64,000 nucleotides of DNA from a virus, in IMG/VR virus record IMGVR_UViG_3300025101_000019, positions 96,001 through 160,000 of that record. One strand, 5' to 3'. Below, one piece after another: positions 17,602 through 27,959 of the stretch. Below the pieces are notes generated by a model, which did no database searches, was not told where the DNA came from, and worked only from the letters and a program-made list of their open reading frames with translations. How positions within the stretch are numbered: position 1 is the first letter of the stretch; every line of letters begins with the position of its first letter. The translations under genes were made by a program, and so were the position numbers.

Positions 17602-18488
17602 TAAAAATCAAATTTCAATTGTCTACTACTAAACAAAGATTTAATATACTCGTCTAATCTATCTTGAGGTTCCCAGTCAAGAAACTCGATTGCCTCATCT
17701 GATTCTCTTAGAGTTTCTTTGTAATTACCTTGTTGGTTTGGAATGTACTTTCTTTTACACCCACTATATTTTTCGAACATATCTGCCACTTGGTTAATTG
17801 AATAGTTTGTACCTGTTCCAAGTTCCCAAGCATCAAATGTTGGTTTAGTATCATGAGCATTTAACTTTAGTAATGCGTCTACTATATCGTGTACATGGGT
17901 AAAGTCTCTTTTTTGTTCACCATCACCGACAATTGTAATTGGTTGGTTATCTCTGATTTGTCTTCTCCAGATACCAATTACTGCTGCCCAATCACCATCA
18001 ATAACTTCATGTGGTCCATATACATTATAGAACCTACAAATCTCTATACTCATTCCGTAAGTCTTTTTGTATAACTTACATAATTCCTCACCAAGATATT
18101 TACAAGCTGCATATGGTGATTGATATGGGTCGTGGTGTTTAGAAGATGAACCTGCGTAAATAACTTTAATACCTTTTTTTCTTGCAAAGTCTAAAACCCT
18201 CTGAGTTCCTAAAGTATTAACATCAAATGTTTCTGATGGATTTTCAAATGAAGGTTGTATTCTTGACAATCCTGCCAAGTGATATATCAAGTCTATGTCC
18301 TCAGTAAATGAAAACCAACTACTAATCCACTTAACATCATCTTCGTAATATGTTGCACCCTTGACATGATTACTTTTTGTACCTGTTGAGTAATCATCAA
18401 GTACAACTACTTCATGTCCATTTGTAACTAATCTTTTAACTAAATTTGTACCAACAAAACCGGCACCTCCTGTAACTAATATTTTCAT
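17601..18488 (-). CDS. NAD-dependent epimerase/dehydratase
   Basis: VTGGAGFVG, YAACK, RFYNVYGP. Confidence 0.9.
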   Translation of the reverse strand: MKILVTGGAGFVGTNLVKRLVTNGHEVVVLDDYSTGTKSNHVKGATYYEDDVKWISSWFSFTEDIDLIYHLAGLSRIQPSFENPSETFDVNTLGTQRVLDFARKKGIKVIYAGSSSKHHDPYQSPYAACKYLGEELCKLYKKTYGMSIEICRFYNVYGPHEVIDGDWAAVIGIWRRQIRDNQPITIVGDGEQKRDFTHVHDIVDALLKLNAHDTKPTFDAWELGTGTNYSINQVADMFEKYSGCKRKYIPNQQGNYKETLRESDEAIEFLDWEPQDRLDEYIKSLFSSRQLKFDF

Positions 18489-19393
18489 AATAATGGTATT
18501 CTATTTGGATTATCTGTTCCTTTTATTTGTTTTACAAAAGTTTGGTCATCGTGTTCAGGCAATCTACCCCATTTTTTAATAAACTTTTGTGCATTTGTTG
18601 ATTCTGATTCTTGTTGTCTTTTAGATTTAGAATTCAGTTTATCCTTTGCTTCATCTCTGAAATGAGAACCTCTTGCTGAAAAGTGATATACAATTGACTT
18701 GGATGACATAATAAATTTATATCCTTCTAATTGCATTCTAATAAACAAATCCATGTCGTCAAATGAAGCGGGTGCGAATAGTGGGTCGTTACCACCAATC
18801 CAAACATAATCATCTTTTTTACAGAAGAATCCGGCACCACCACCTTTTCTTACACGAGTTTCATCCATTGCGGAAAGTTTTTGAGACCATTCATCAAACC
18901 AATCTTTATCGAAGTTGTGATGGAACTCCCCAAACTCATCAGTTGATACAAATACAGTACCAGGTCGGTAATCAGGGTCATTAGGAAATATTTTAGGTTG
19001 AATTCTAAATGATGAAGCGATTATTCTTTTACCTTGAATAGTCCACTCTGCATTCTCTTCTACGATTTTTTGTAACTCTATATCTTGATTTGGAGCAATC
19101 CACATATCTGAGTGAATTATATTTACATACTCTGTTTGTGCTTTGTCAACACAAAAATCCATACCACCGCCGATTCCTCTTGGTATATCATTATGTTCTA
19201 CAAACCCTTTTAGATTCTTGTCTGCTTGCATTTGATTCATTAACCACTCATCTGTACCATCAGTACAATTCTCTGCGTGAATCACAATCGGTTGGTCTTT
19301 GTAATATGCATTCTTTCTTACAGACTCGTAAGCAAGTTTTACATAGTCAAGATTATTATTTGTTGAAATACAAGTTGTTATTGGACTTTCCAT
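18485..19393 (-). CDS. glycosyltransferase family 2
   Basis: ENCTDGT, IHSDM, GGNDP..DDMD; paralogue of 15564-16748. Confidence 0.85.
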   Translation of the reverse strand: MESPITTCISTNNNLDYVKLAYESVRKNAYYKDQPIVIHAENCTDGTDEWLMNQMQADKNLKGFVEHNDIPRGIGGGMDFCVDKAQTEYVNIIHSDMWIAPNQDIELQKIVEENAEWTIQGKRIIASSFRIQPKIFPNDPDYRPGTVFVSTDEFGEFHHNFDKDWFDEWSQKLSAMDETRVRKGGGAGFFCKKDDYVWIGGNDPLFAPASFDDMDLFIRMQLEGYKFIMSSKSIVYHFSARGSHFRDEAKDKLNSKSKRQQESESTNAQKFIKKWGRLPEHDDQTFVKQIKGTDNPNRIPLL

Positions 19394-20325
19394 ACATCTT
19401 CCCATTTATATGTTTTTGTTTGTTTCATAAAGTTGTAAGCATTATATTTAGAATACTCACTTGCTTTAGGATACCAATCATTTGACTTTCTTTGTTCGTT
19501 TATATCTTTACCATCCTCACTAACAACATATTTTCTTTTTCTTGGATGTTCTCTGTTATGTACTAATAAAATATTCTTTACAATATACAAAGGAATTTGG
19601 TTATTTCCAAATATTGTTAACATTTTATTCATAAAAGCAGTATCTTCGTGGGTAAAGAATACTGATTTTGGTATGTTTACTCCACTTTTTATTATCTCCG
19701 ATGACATTACCAACCCACAACCATTAAATTTATAGTTGTATGTAGATTCTATATGTGGTGATTCAACATCTGAGTTTATCTCTTCCATTTTATCATAATC
19801 CATATAACACCTCGTCCCATACCATGCGTGTGGGTCTCTTGGTAAATCGGTTAGTTTTGGGTGTTCTAATGGTTTCCACGAATCATCCCACATTTTACAA
19901 GTTGAAAAGAACCCAACCCACTTTGGTGTTTGTTCTTTAACTGCCTCGTGTAATGATAATATCGTTTCCATCGCTTGTGATGGAACTAACATATCGGATT
20001 CACCCCAAAACAAGATGTCTACAAGTTCACAATACTTTTCGTTAAAATCTCTTCTGTAATCTGCGATTGTATATAAATCATCTCTGACTTCGTATTTGAT
20101 TTGATAACCTTGTAGTTTATATTGATTACAAACTCTAACATACTTTTCCATAATGTATGTTAACATATCAACCTCATCAGAAACTTTTTCTAAGTCTTGA
20201 TTTGTGACTAAACACATATCAATCAAAACTTTTTCTTTTGTTACTATTGATTTAGTTAAGGAATCTAAATACTCCTCAAACATATCAACTTCGTACCATT
20301 GTACTAAACAACCTGCCGCTACCAT
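19378..20325 (-). CDS. putative GT-A fold glycosyltransferase
   Basis: WGESDML, GCGLVMS, HEDTAF. Confidence 0.55.
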   Translation of the reverse strand: MVAAGCLVQWYEVDMFEEYLDSLTKSIVTKEKVLIDMCLVTNQDLEKVSDEVDMLTYIMEKYVRVCNQYKLQGYQIKYEVRDDLYTIADYRRDFNEKYCELVDILFWGESDMLVPSQAMETILSLHEAVKEQTPKWVGFFSTCKMWDDSWKPLEHPKLTDLPRDPHAWYGTRCYMDYDKMEEINSDVESPHIESTYNYKFNGCGLVMSSEIIKSGVNIPKSVFFTHEDTAFMNKMLTIFGNNQIPLYIVKNILLVHNREHPRKRKYVVSEDGKDINEQRKSNDWYPKASEYSKYNAYNFMKQTKTYKWEDVWKVQ

Positions 20326-21143
20326 AATGTATCTCTTGGAATCCCTTCCCAACCAGGATTAGTTTCTGAATCGATTACCCACGAAACATTTTGTTTCTGT
20401 AACCATTGGTAGATACCTTTAGTTGCGTTTGCTACTGACTTGATTTCTCTTGGCCCCATTGATGTTTTTGCATAAACAATCTTTTCGTGTTCATTACCAT
20501 AGAAATGTTCTTGGAATACTCGTTGTGTATCGTCTTCTGTTCCATTTTCAAATGATGATAAATCACCAATGTCCCATCCAACTGTAACAATCTTTCTACA
20601 CCCTAAGTACAATGCCAATGGAATTGCCATCTCATACATAATACCAGGCCCCCAAGGTTGTTGAAATCCTATTTCGGGGTGGTCTAACTTCATAGTATCC
20701 CAATCTTCTTTTTCTGATAGAGAATGAATCATTTTGTTAGGACCAACTCCACCACCTGTATTTGGATTGTTTCTAAATATAGGAATGAATAGGTCTGATT
20801 CTAAATTATTATCAAAAATCATTTGAGGATGAAATTGTTCAAATATTGCCCATGTTATGATTGATTTATTATCTGACCAATCGTATGGTGCGAAGTTACA
20901 AAAGTTTAGTAAGTGAAAGTCAGTAACATCTTTTACTAAATTATATGATTGTTTGATTGGCATACATAATTTATCTGCCATAAACTCATTAAGGAATTCT
21001 TTATCATACTTTTTAAGTGAAGGACCACCTGCGATTATATATGCAGTCTCATTTTTGTACTGATTTTTTAATACCTTTAACCTATCTTCAGGTTCTTCTA
21101 ATTTTAGAAGTTCTTCTCGTAACTTACTTGTCTGTAATTTCAT
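20319..21143 (-). CDS. Maf/DUF115-like (sialyltransferase-like) protein
   Basis: LKNQYKNETAYIIAGGPSL; ALYLGCRKIVTVGWD. Confidence 0.7.
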   Translation of the reverse strand: MKLQTSKLREELLKLEEPEDRLKVLKNQYKNETAYIIAGGPSLKKYDKEFLNEFMADKLCMPIKQSYNLVKDVTDFHLLNFCNFAPYDWSDNKSIITWAIFEQFHPQMIFDNNLESDLFIPIFRNNPNTGGGVGPNKMIHSLSEKEDWDTMKLDHPEIGFQQPWGPGIMYEMAIPLALYLGCRKIVTVGWDIGDLSSFENGTEDDTQRVFQEHFYGNEHEKIVYAKTSMGPREIKSVANATKGIYQWLQKQNVSWVIDSETNPGWEGIPRDTLW

Positions 21144-21549
21144 CGAATTGTTTAAGTGTTTGTTCCCACGATTCAAACCTAATACCTCTGTCATCTATGT
21201 AACAGACTGCTCTTGGTTTTTCACAAGTTATTTCTTTTATATAAGTATCAATCTTATATTTGGTTAACCACTCCCATATTAGTTCTTCACCTGTCTTACC
21301 ATTTACAAGTGGTCTATCAGGTTTTACTTTAGCGGTAAATAAAACTATATCATATCCCTTTTCATCGAACCATTTGATTGCGTCTATTGAACCCTCAATC
21401 GGTGGGTCATACACAGTTCCATCATGAAACCCTTTTGAATTACCATGGACAACACCATCAAAGTCTATTGCAACTTGATGATTGTTTTCATGCCATTGTA
21501 GTGCATCGTAGTCTTCTATTTCTTTCTTAAGGGTGTCTTCTGTTTTCAT
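21124..21549 (-). CDS. HAD-superfamily phosphatase
   Basis: IDFDGVVH, LFTAK, KPRAVCYIDDR. Confidence 0.8.
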   Translation of the reverse strand: MKTEDTLKKEIEDYDALQWHENNHQVAIDFDGVVHGNSKGFHDGTVYDPPIEGSIDAIKWFDEKGYDIVLFTAKVKPDRPLVNGKTGEELIWEWLTKYKIDTYIKEITCEKPRAVCYIDDRGIRFESWEQTLKQFDEITDK

Positions 21550-22264
21550 AATTACTGAATACTGGTGTTGATTTATTTCTACTTGAATATGCCCCATAAA
21601 TAAACTTTCTAAACTCCTTAGTCTCGTGTTGTTTACTTACAGAGTGTAATGAGTTTGGTGACGATAAAAAGAATACTGCTCTATTTGCTTTTGCTGGTAC
21701 AACTGAGTGAATAAGTACTTCCTCATCGTTGTATAACTTAGGTGCACCACCCCTTGGTTGTTGATAAGTTTCTACTCCATCGCTTGAATGTATTATAAAG
21801 TCACCACCACTCCAATCCTTATCATTAAAGAATATTAAGAAGTTCAGAAATCTCTTCTGAGAATCTGCGTGTACTTCTCTAACATAACCATCACCTGCCT
21901 CTGACCAATCTATATGAGTAAACATTTTTTGATTTGATAATGACTCATCTGTTAAAGTACATCCCCAATATTCCATAGAAGATTGGAATTTGTCTTTAAA
22001 GTAGTTTAGCATTTCATCTGAATCTATGTAATTGTGAAACTCATTCCATGTTGTTGTAGATTCTAACCACTTCCAAGTATCTGGTTGACTTGCACTATTT
22101 GCGATTTGTCTACGACCACCCATAACAGTATTTGCCTTTTCTTCTATGAGTTTACCTGGCCATTCCTTAACCAAATTATTAAAGATGTCTTGTTCAAAAC
22201 AATCATCAATGACTATATAGTCATATGGATAATTGTATACTCTTGCATTATTAAAGTTAATCAT
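21527..22264 (-). CDS. 2OG-Fe(II) oxygenase
   Basis: VHADS, GGDF, ANRAVFF..SLHSV, RKFIY. Confidence 0.8.
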   Translation of the reverse strand: MINFNNARVYNYPYDYIVIDDCFEQDIFNNLVKEWPGKLIEEKANTVMGGRRQIANSASQPDTWKWLESTTTWNEFHNYIDSDEMLNYFKDKFQSSMEYWGCTLTDESLSNQKMFTHIDWSEAGDGYVREVHADSQKRFLNFLIFFNDKDWSGGDFIIHSSDGVETYQQPRGGAPKLYNDEEVLIHSVVPAKANRAVFFLSSPNSLHSVSKQHETKEFRKFIYGAYSSRNKSTPVFSNYENRRHP

Positions 22265-22649
22265 ATTTCTCGTATATTTTCTCTTCGAAAAATTCTGAGT
22301 TTAACAAGTGATTAATTTCTTTCTTTTCTGCTGCCCTTCTATCATTAGTATAATATACTGCTCTTGCCAACTCAATAAACTCTTCATCAAATTTATTGTC
22401 TCGTTCTTTTAGTCTAACTGAGTCTTCGATGACCCACATTTCACCATTAGTTTTTAATAACCTTTGGTAAACTTCTTTAAGTTCATCACCACCTGCTTCC
22501 CAAAATGGTTTCAACTTATCTTGTAAATAATTTAGTTCATTTGTAATATTAGTTTTTTGAACTGAATCATTAACATTTTTTAATTTTATTTCAAGGATTG
22601 ATAACTTATCAAATGCGTCACCAATCGGTGTTTTAATTTCTATTGCCAT
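22257..22649 (-). CDS. DUF6165-like protein
   Basis: PIGDAFDKLSILEIK...WVIEDSVR...FIELARAVYYTNDRRA...EEK. Confidence 0.8.
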   Translation of the reverse strand: MAIEIKTPIGDAFDKLSILEIKLKNVNDSVQKTNITNELNYLQDKLKPFWEAGGDELKEVYQRLLKTNGEMWVIEDSVRLKERDNKFDEEFIELARAVYYTNDRRAAEKKEINHLLNSEFFEEKIYEKYD

Positions 22650-23571
22650 AGTTTTCTAACATTTTTTTAATACCATCTTCTAAATATACAAAATTTTTAT
22701 GAGATACACAACTTTTTAGTTTAGAAAGTGATGGTCGTCTCCATTTAGTATCGTTGCCCCATGCTTCTTTGTATTTCTTTTTATATTTTTTACCCATGAT
22801 TCTATGGATAGTTTTAGCTAAATCTTTGATTCTAACTTCTTCATCAAATCCAATGTTTATGATTTCGTTATCAACTTTTTCAATAATCTGAGATGCCATT
22901 TCTGCGTGGTCTGTTACATAACAAAAAGACCTTGTTTGATTACCATCACCATATAGATAAAACTCTTCGCCTGATTGTACTCTTTCTATAAATTCAGGTA
23001 TTACTTGACCATACCCATTTGTTGCCATTCTCGGGCCGTAAGTATTAAATGGTCTAAGAATCACAAAACTCTTTCTTTTCTCATTTGCCCACAACCTTGT
23101 CAAGAACTCACCCATACCTTTTGAGGATGCGTATGAATCTCTATCTGCCAATGGATGTAGAATCATTGCGTCATCTTCTTTCGTTGGTATCGATGGAGTT
23201 GGTCCATAAATTTCAGATGATGATGCGTATACTACTTTTGTTACTGAAGGTGTACATGCGTTCAATACATTCTGAGTCATTAAGATATTATTGTTACATA
23301 CTTTAAATGGTATATCATAAAAATACCTTGTACCATTTATTGCAGCGTAGTGAACAACTATTTCAAATTGTTGTTCTTCCATAAACTTTTTAATGGGGTC
23401 TTGATAAACCAAATCTAACTCTTTAAATGTAAAGTTTTCATGATTTGGTAAGTTACTCACTTTACCTCTAAAAAAGTTATCTACTCCAACAACCTCGTGA
23501 CCTTTATCTAATAAAGTATCACAAAGATGTGACCCCAAAAATCCTGCTGCACCTGTAACTAATATCTTCAT
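22633..23571 (-). CDS. NAD-dependent epimerase/dehydratase (UDP-glucuronate decarboxylase-like)
   Basis: TGAAGFLGSHL, ASSSEIYG, YASSK, FNTYGPRM, QTRSFCYV. Confidence 0.85.
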   Translation of the reverse strand: MKILVTGAAGFLGSHLCDTLLDKGHEVVGVDNFFRGKVSNLPNHENFTFKELDLVYQDPIKKFMEEQQFEIVVHYAAINGTRYFYDIPFKVCNNNILMTQNVLNACTPSVTKVVYASSSEIYGPTPSIPTKEDDAMILHPLADRDSYASSKGMGEFLTRLWANEKRKSFVILRPFNTYGPRMATNGYGQVIPEFIERVQSGEEFYLYGDGNQTRSFCYVTDHAEMASQIIEKVDNEIINIGFDEEVRIKDLAKTIHRIMGKKYKKKYKEAWGNDTKWRRPSLSKLKSCVSHKNFVYLEDGIKKMLENYGNRN

Positions 23572-24374
23572 TATATTTCGTATCTCATTCCTTTAGGAAC
23601 TTTTTTAACAAATTTGTCGTTTTCTTCGTCAATGAATCTGAATATGTCTACATCAATATCGTATTTTTTACATAGAACTTTCATTGCCTTTGTGTCTTTA
23701 GGTAAACACATACCACCATAACCACCAAACTCTTTATTTACATTTAGATAGTGACCTTCACCAACTCCATGGAATAAAAATGCGTCTTTGATTGCATCAT
23801 AGTTTGCACCAAAATGTTGTGCTACTTTATGGAATGAGTTTGCAAATGTGATTCTCATCGCTTTGTAAGTGTTTGAGAAGTACTTCATAAGTTCGGCATC
23901 AATGATTTTGACTTTTACTTTGTGAAATGGTAGTGAACCATGACTCTTTACAATCAAATCATAGTTTTCATCACTATCAGTACCAACAACTAAAATGTTA
24001 TTGTTGTATACAAAGTCTTCGTATGCACATCTTTCTCTTAAGAATTCAGGCACAAAACACATATTAAGATTTGGATATTCTTTTCTTAATCTATTTGTTG
24101 TACCAGGTTCAATTGTACTTTTCAATGCTACAAGACCTTTATACTCCAAGTCATTTAATTGTTTTATTACACTATTAACTGCCGTTAAATCACATTCATC
24201 ATTTGCACCTGTTGGAGTACCAACGGTAATAAAGTTGATTTCTGTATCTAATGTATCTTCTATTGAAGTCTCAGGCATTTTGATATCGTAACCAACCACT
24301 TCGTGTCCGATGTATTCAAATCCTTTTGATATTGCAGAACCTACTGCTCCGATTCCGATTACTCCTAATTTCAT
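23571..24374 (-). CDS. UDP-glucose/GDP-mannose dehydrogenase family protein (short)
   Basis: GVIGIGAVG, KSTIEPGT, PEFLRE, AELMKY, GYGGMCLPKD. Confidence 0.9.
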   Translation of the reverse strand: MKLGVIGIGAVGSAISKGFEYIGHEVVGYDIKMPETSIEDTLDTEINFITVGTPTGANDECDLTAVNSVIKQLNDLEYKGLVALKSTIEPGTTNRLRKEYPNLNMCFVPEFLRERCAYEDFVYNNNILVVGTDSDENYDLIVKSHGSLPFHKVKVKIIDAELMKYFSNTYKAMRITFANSFHKVAQHFGANYDAIKDAFLFHGVGEGHYLNVNKEFGGYGGMCLPKDTKAMKVLCKKYDIDVDIFRFIDEENDKFVKKVPKGMRYEI

Positions 24375-25033
24375 TCCCATATGTAATTCCATTTTTGTTT
24401 ATGCCACTTATTTTCTTTAATGTATTTTATAATATCATGGTGTACCATCTTTGTATCAAAATAGTGTGGCTTACAATATAAATGACCAAAGAGTGGAACT
24501 CCACTCGTTACTGAATCTGCCATATTCATAAAACTTCCTTCATAAACATGGATTTCTTTTGCGTTCTGTAATACTTTTCTGTAATCCAATATATGTCCTG
24601 CTCTACCATCAAGGTTTATCACAGGTAAATTTGGATTCATAAAATGTTTTCTGTTAATACCAATCATTGGACGATTCATATTATCAAGTGGTCTTTCATG
24701 TACGATTATGTAATCTTTACCATGCGTTTGAACCAACTCATTATATAATCTATCCTCTTCATTTACATCATAATCCCAAGTTAAATCTCGCCAACTACTA
24801 TGTTCAACACCATCTTGAAATTTTAATCCTATATGTGGTGCGTGATATTCATGAGGACAAGTACCTGTTGATAGGTTTGGTGTCTCATTGTATAGTTTTT
24901 CAAATAACCAATTTAGTCTTGGTACTTGTATGTATACTCTATCGTATTCTTTACAATACTTTTCTTTAATTACTGATGAGAACATTAACCCATCACCAAC
25001 TCCACCTGCGTGTCCTATTGTTATTGCTTCCAT
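24371..25033 (-). CDS. putative glycosyltransferase-like protein
   Basis: HAGGVGDGL N-terminus; QNAKEIHVYEGSF. Confidence 0.5.
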   Translation of the reverse strand: MEAITIGHAGGVGDGLMFSSVIKEKYCKEYDRVYIQVPRLNWLFEKLYNETPNLSTGTCPHEYHAPHIGLKFQDGVEHSSWRDLTWDYDVNEEDRLYNELVQTHGKDYIIVHERPLDNMNRPMIGINRKHFMNPNLPVINLDGRAGHILDYRKVLQNAKEIHVYEGSFMNMADSVTSGVPLFGHLYCKPHYFDTKMVHHDIIKYIKENKWHKQKWNYIWE

Positions 25034-26802
25034 TAACTTAACATTTTTTCAACGATTTCGATATCTGATGGATAGTCAACTGCGTGTGATACATTGTCCA
25101 CCATTACCATTTTTACTTTATGTCCCATCTCTATAAATCTATCAATCTCAATGTCTTCTTCAAATTCGAGTGGTGTCTTTTTACCATAATCGGCAAAGTC
25201 TTTTAGATGTTCTCTATTGAATCCGTAGATACAAACTTGTTTCATTGGATTACTGGTCTTACCCTGTTTTGTTCCTGGGAGTGGACTCCTTGAACACCAA
25301 ATTAACTCATCATTTAGATTTGTGATTACTTTTGGTATCTTTGGGTCTTCAATCTTTTCGTGAGGATTCAAATATGCCATACAATTTATAATATGGTCAG
25401 GGTTATCAATCTTAGCTTGAATAACTTTATCAATATCGTTTGCTGATAACATAGGTTCGTCACCTTGGACATTGATGATAAAGTCTGCGTCTATTTCCAT
25501 TGCCGCTTCTGCTACTCTATCTGTACCCGTTGGACATTCGTCTGAAGTTAAGATTACTTTTAAACCATTGTTTTTTGCAACATCAACAATTTCTTCGTTT
25601 TCTGTTGCGATGTAAACATTATCTTTACCCACCATCGAGTTTTGACATAGTTCAGCAACCCAAAGAATCATTTCTTTTCCATTAATCATCGCAAGAGGTT
25701 TTCCAGGGAATCTTGACGATTTGTATCTTGCGGGGATAACTATCGCAACCTTTGGGTCTAAGACCCCATCAAGTTTTTTATTATCAAACGACTTCGATTC
25801 AGGTATGTCAAGTAATACATCTTCTATCCTATTAGGATGTAAGAACGATTGTTGTAAGTTCTGAGGATACAATGGGTGAATGTGTTTCAATCCACTAACC
25901 ATATAGTTGTGTGTAAAGCCCCATTTGTATTTTTCCATCAAAGGATTCATCCAATCAGAAATAACTTTTTGTAAGGGTTTACAATTGTATTGTGTTTTAT
26001 CACCCCAAAGAAATTTTGTTTGGTCTTTTGCGTATTGTAGGTAAGTTACAAGTTGTTCTGTTTTAACATTTCCGACACCTCTACCCATTCCAAGTAAAGT
26101 ACCATCTAACCAAAGTGCCCCTTCGGATTCTGCGGCAAGACAATTGGCGAATGCAAGTCCAAGGTTATCGTGTGTATGAATCCCAATCTTCGAATCACCT
26201 TCGAATAGTTCTACAATCTCTTTTGTTCTATCAGGAGTCAATGCTCCATATGAATCAGCAAAGTATAATGATAGTGGTTTTAATTCACCCATATCATTTA
26301 CGAAAGTATTTATTTCACTATCATCTAATAAAGATATACCCATCAGATTTACTATCAATTCGTAATCCTTTGATTGGATATATTTACCGATTTCGATTGC
26401 GAGGTCTAATTCCGAATACTTTATCGCGAGACGACAAATATCGAATGGTGAATTTTCCCCATCATGGATAACATCATCAATCAATGAGAAATCTACTTCA
26501 TTACCTTTTATGAAATCCTTTGCGTCAATCATAAACGCAAGTTTGAGGTTTACTGGCTTTCTATTGTCCAATACATCCCAAATGAACCTATCGTTACACT
26601 TACGATATTTACCACCCTTAACAGGCGATTTGTAACCCATCTCCATTACTCCCACTCCCGAAAGGTCAAGGGCTTGTACTAAGTCTCTGACCATCTGAGT
26701 GTCAAAGTTCCAATTGGTGTAGTACCCACCATCTCTTAATGTACAATCTAATATCATAGGAAATTTGTTAAAATTTTCTTTCGACACACGAATCGTTCCC
26801 AA
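25033..26802 (-). CDS. fusion of HMGL-like (DRE-TIM) aldolase and KdsB-like CMP-ulosonate synthetase
   Basis: LDCTLRDGGY, FADSYG, GIHTHDNLGLA, GMGRGVGN; then IPARYKSSRFPGKPL, TGTDR, NVQGDEP, VDYPSD; start may be 26757. Confidence 0.9.
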   Translation of the reverse strand: MGTIRVSKENFNKFPMILDCTLRDGGYYTNWNFDTQMVRDLVQALDLSGVGVMEMGYKSPVKGGKYRKCNDRFIWDVLDNRKPVNLKLAFMIDAKDFIKGNEVDFSLIDDVIHDGENSPFDICRLAIKYSELDLAIEIGKYIQSKDYELIVNLMGISLLDDSEINTFVNDMGELKPLSLYFADSYGALTPDRTKEIVELFEGDSKIGIHTHDNLGLAFANCLAAESEGALWLDGTLLGMGRGVGNVKTEQLVTYLQYAKDQTKFLWGDKTQYNCKPLQKVISDWMNPLMEKYKWGFTHNYMVSGLKHIHPLYPQNLQQSFLHPNRIEDVLLDIPESKSFDNKKLDGVLDPKVAIVIPARYKSSRFPGKPLAMINGKEMILWVAELCQNSMVGKDNVYIATENEEIVDVAKNNGLKVILTSDECPTGTDRVAEAAMEIDADFIINVQGDEPMLSANDIDKVIQAKIDNPDHIINCMAYLNPHEKIEDPKIPKVITNLNDELIWCSRSPLPGTKQGKTSNPMKQVCIYGFNREHLKDFADYGKKTPLEFEEDIEIDRFIEMGHKVKMVMVDNVSHAVDYPSDIEIVEKMLS

Positions 26803-26810
26803 AATGTGGG

Positions 26811-27434
26811 TTACACGAGGGTGTCATAATAGTCGTTTTGTTTTACTTGTTTTTCTATATCTTTGTGATGGAACAATGATAGTTCCTCAACCCAAGGTAA
26901 ATTAGAAATCGTGTCATATCCATCGAGTTTCTCGTGTACCTTATTTATCCAACGAATGGAGTCTGATTTTTTATAAACTCTCCATTGTGGGTCTGGCCAA
27001 TTTACTCGACCTTTATCATCAACCTTCCACCCCCACTTCTGAATGTACTCATCGGTTAATCCATCTACCAAATTTACTCTTGGTACAAGAATTACATCAA
27101 CACCATTCATTTCAAGGATTGCTGGAAGGTTTTCAATCAATTCATTATTAGGGATTTCATCTGCGTCAATCTGAAAGATGTAATCACCATTACATAAATC
27201 TGTTAATTTGTTTTTCCAATTTGCGAAGTGTCCATCGAACTCACCACTATGCCATGAGTAAGTTGGATTTACTGATTTTGCTCTTAGAAATTCTTCTACT
27301 TTTGTATCACCATTCTTAGAATCGTATAGAACTACGATTTCATCTTCGTCTCTGATATTGTCTAATAAGTAAGGTATTAGTTTTTGAATTTCTACCAACT
27401 CATTACAAACTGTAATTGCGTAACTTATTTTCAT
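26811..27434 (-). CDS. glycosyltransferase family 2
   Basis: ISYAITVCNE, FQIDADE, KVHEKL. Confidence 0.85.
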   Translation of the reverse strand: MKISYAITVCNELVEIQKLIPYLLDNIRDEDEIVVLYDSKNGDTKVEEFLRAKSVNPTYSWHSGEFDGHFANWKNKLTDLCNGDYIFQIDADEIPNNELIENLPAILEMNGVDVILVPRVNLVDGLTDEYIQKWGWKVDDKGRVNWPDPQWRVYKKSDSIRWINKVHEKLDGYDTISNLPWVEELSLFHHKDIEKQVKQNDYYDTLV

Positions 27435-27443
27435 ACTCTATTT

Positions 27444-27959
27444 TTATAATCCTACGGGTGGAGTATCTTGTGTGGTCTCCAAATCCGTATCGTCCTTTCG
27501 AACTTGTTCTTGTTGTCTTCGTTCTGACCTTGATGCTATTTTATCAAATACACCATAGTCATAGTTATAAACTGTTATCTGTCCTACATTCTTTTCAACC
27601 AAAGTTCTATAACCATTTTGAAGGTCTTTGTTCTTTAGTTTAGAAGTGTAGAATTGTTTAGAGTTAACTTCTACTCTCAATTTACTCAAATCTAACTTTT
27701 TAATTTGAGGAGTAGTACTTGTTACCTCATTCAAATCCTCTGCAAGTTTAGTAAACTTGTCGGGTGCACAATCTTTTAAATCTAAACAATGAAAGTAATT
27801 CTTGAATTTAGGTTGTAAGATAAAGACAAACATATCTCTCTGAGTGTTGTCTCGTTTCTTATACCTAATCTTTGCAACCATACCTCTTTCTAATTTAGTC
27901 TTAGAAACTCTTGTAGGGTCTGTTAATTTACTTCTATGTCTACTTGTAAAATCTGGCAT
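27444..27959 (-). CDS. hypothetical protein
   Basis: Basic ORF inside the island. Confidence 0.6.
   Translation of the reverse strand: MPDFTSRHRSKLTDPTRVSKTKLERGMVAKIRYKKRDNTQRDMFVFILQPKFKNYFHCLDLKDCAPDKFTKLAEDLNEVTSTTPQIKKLDLSKLRVEVNSKQFYTSKLKNKDLQNGYRTLVEKNVGQITVYNYDYGVFDKIASRSERRQQEQVRKDDTDLETTQDTPPVGL

Noticed and set aside
27444-27959. T4 gp2-like DNA end protector
   Set aside because: Resemblance too weak to call without a profile search
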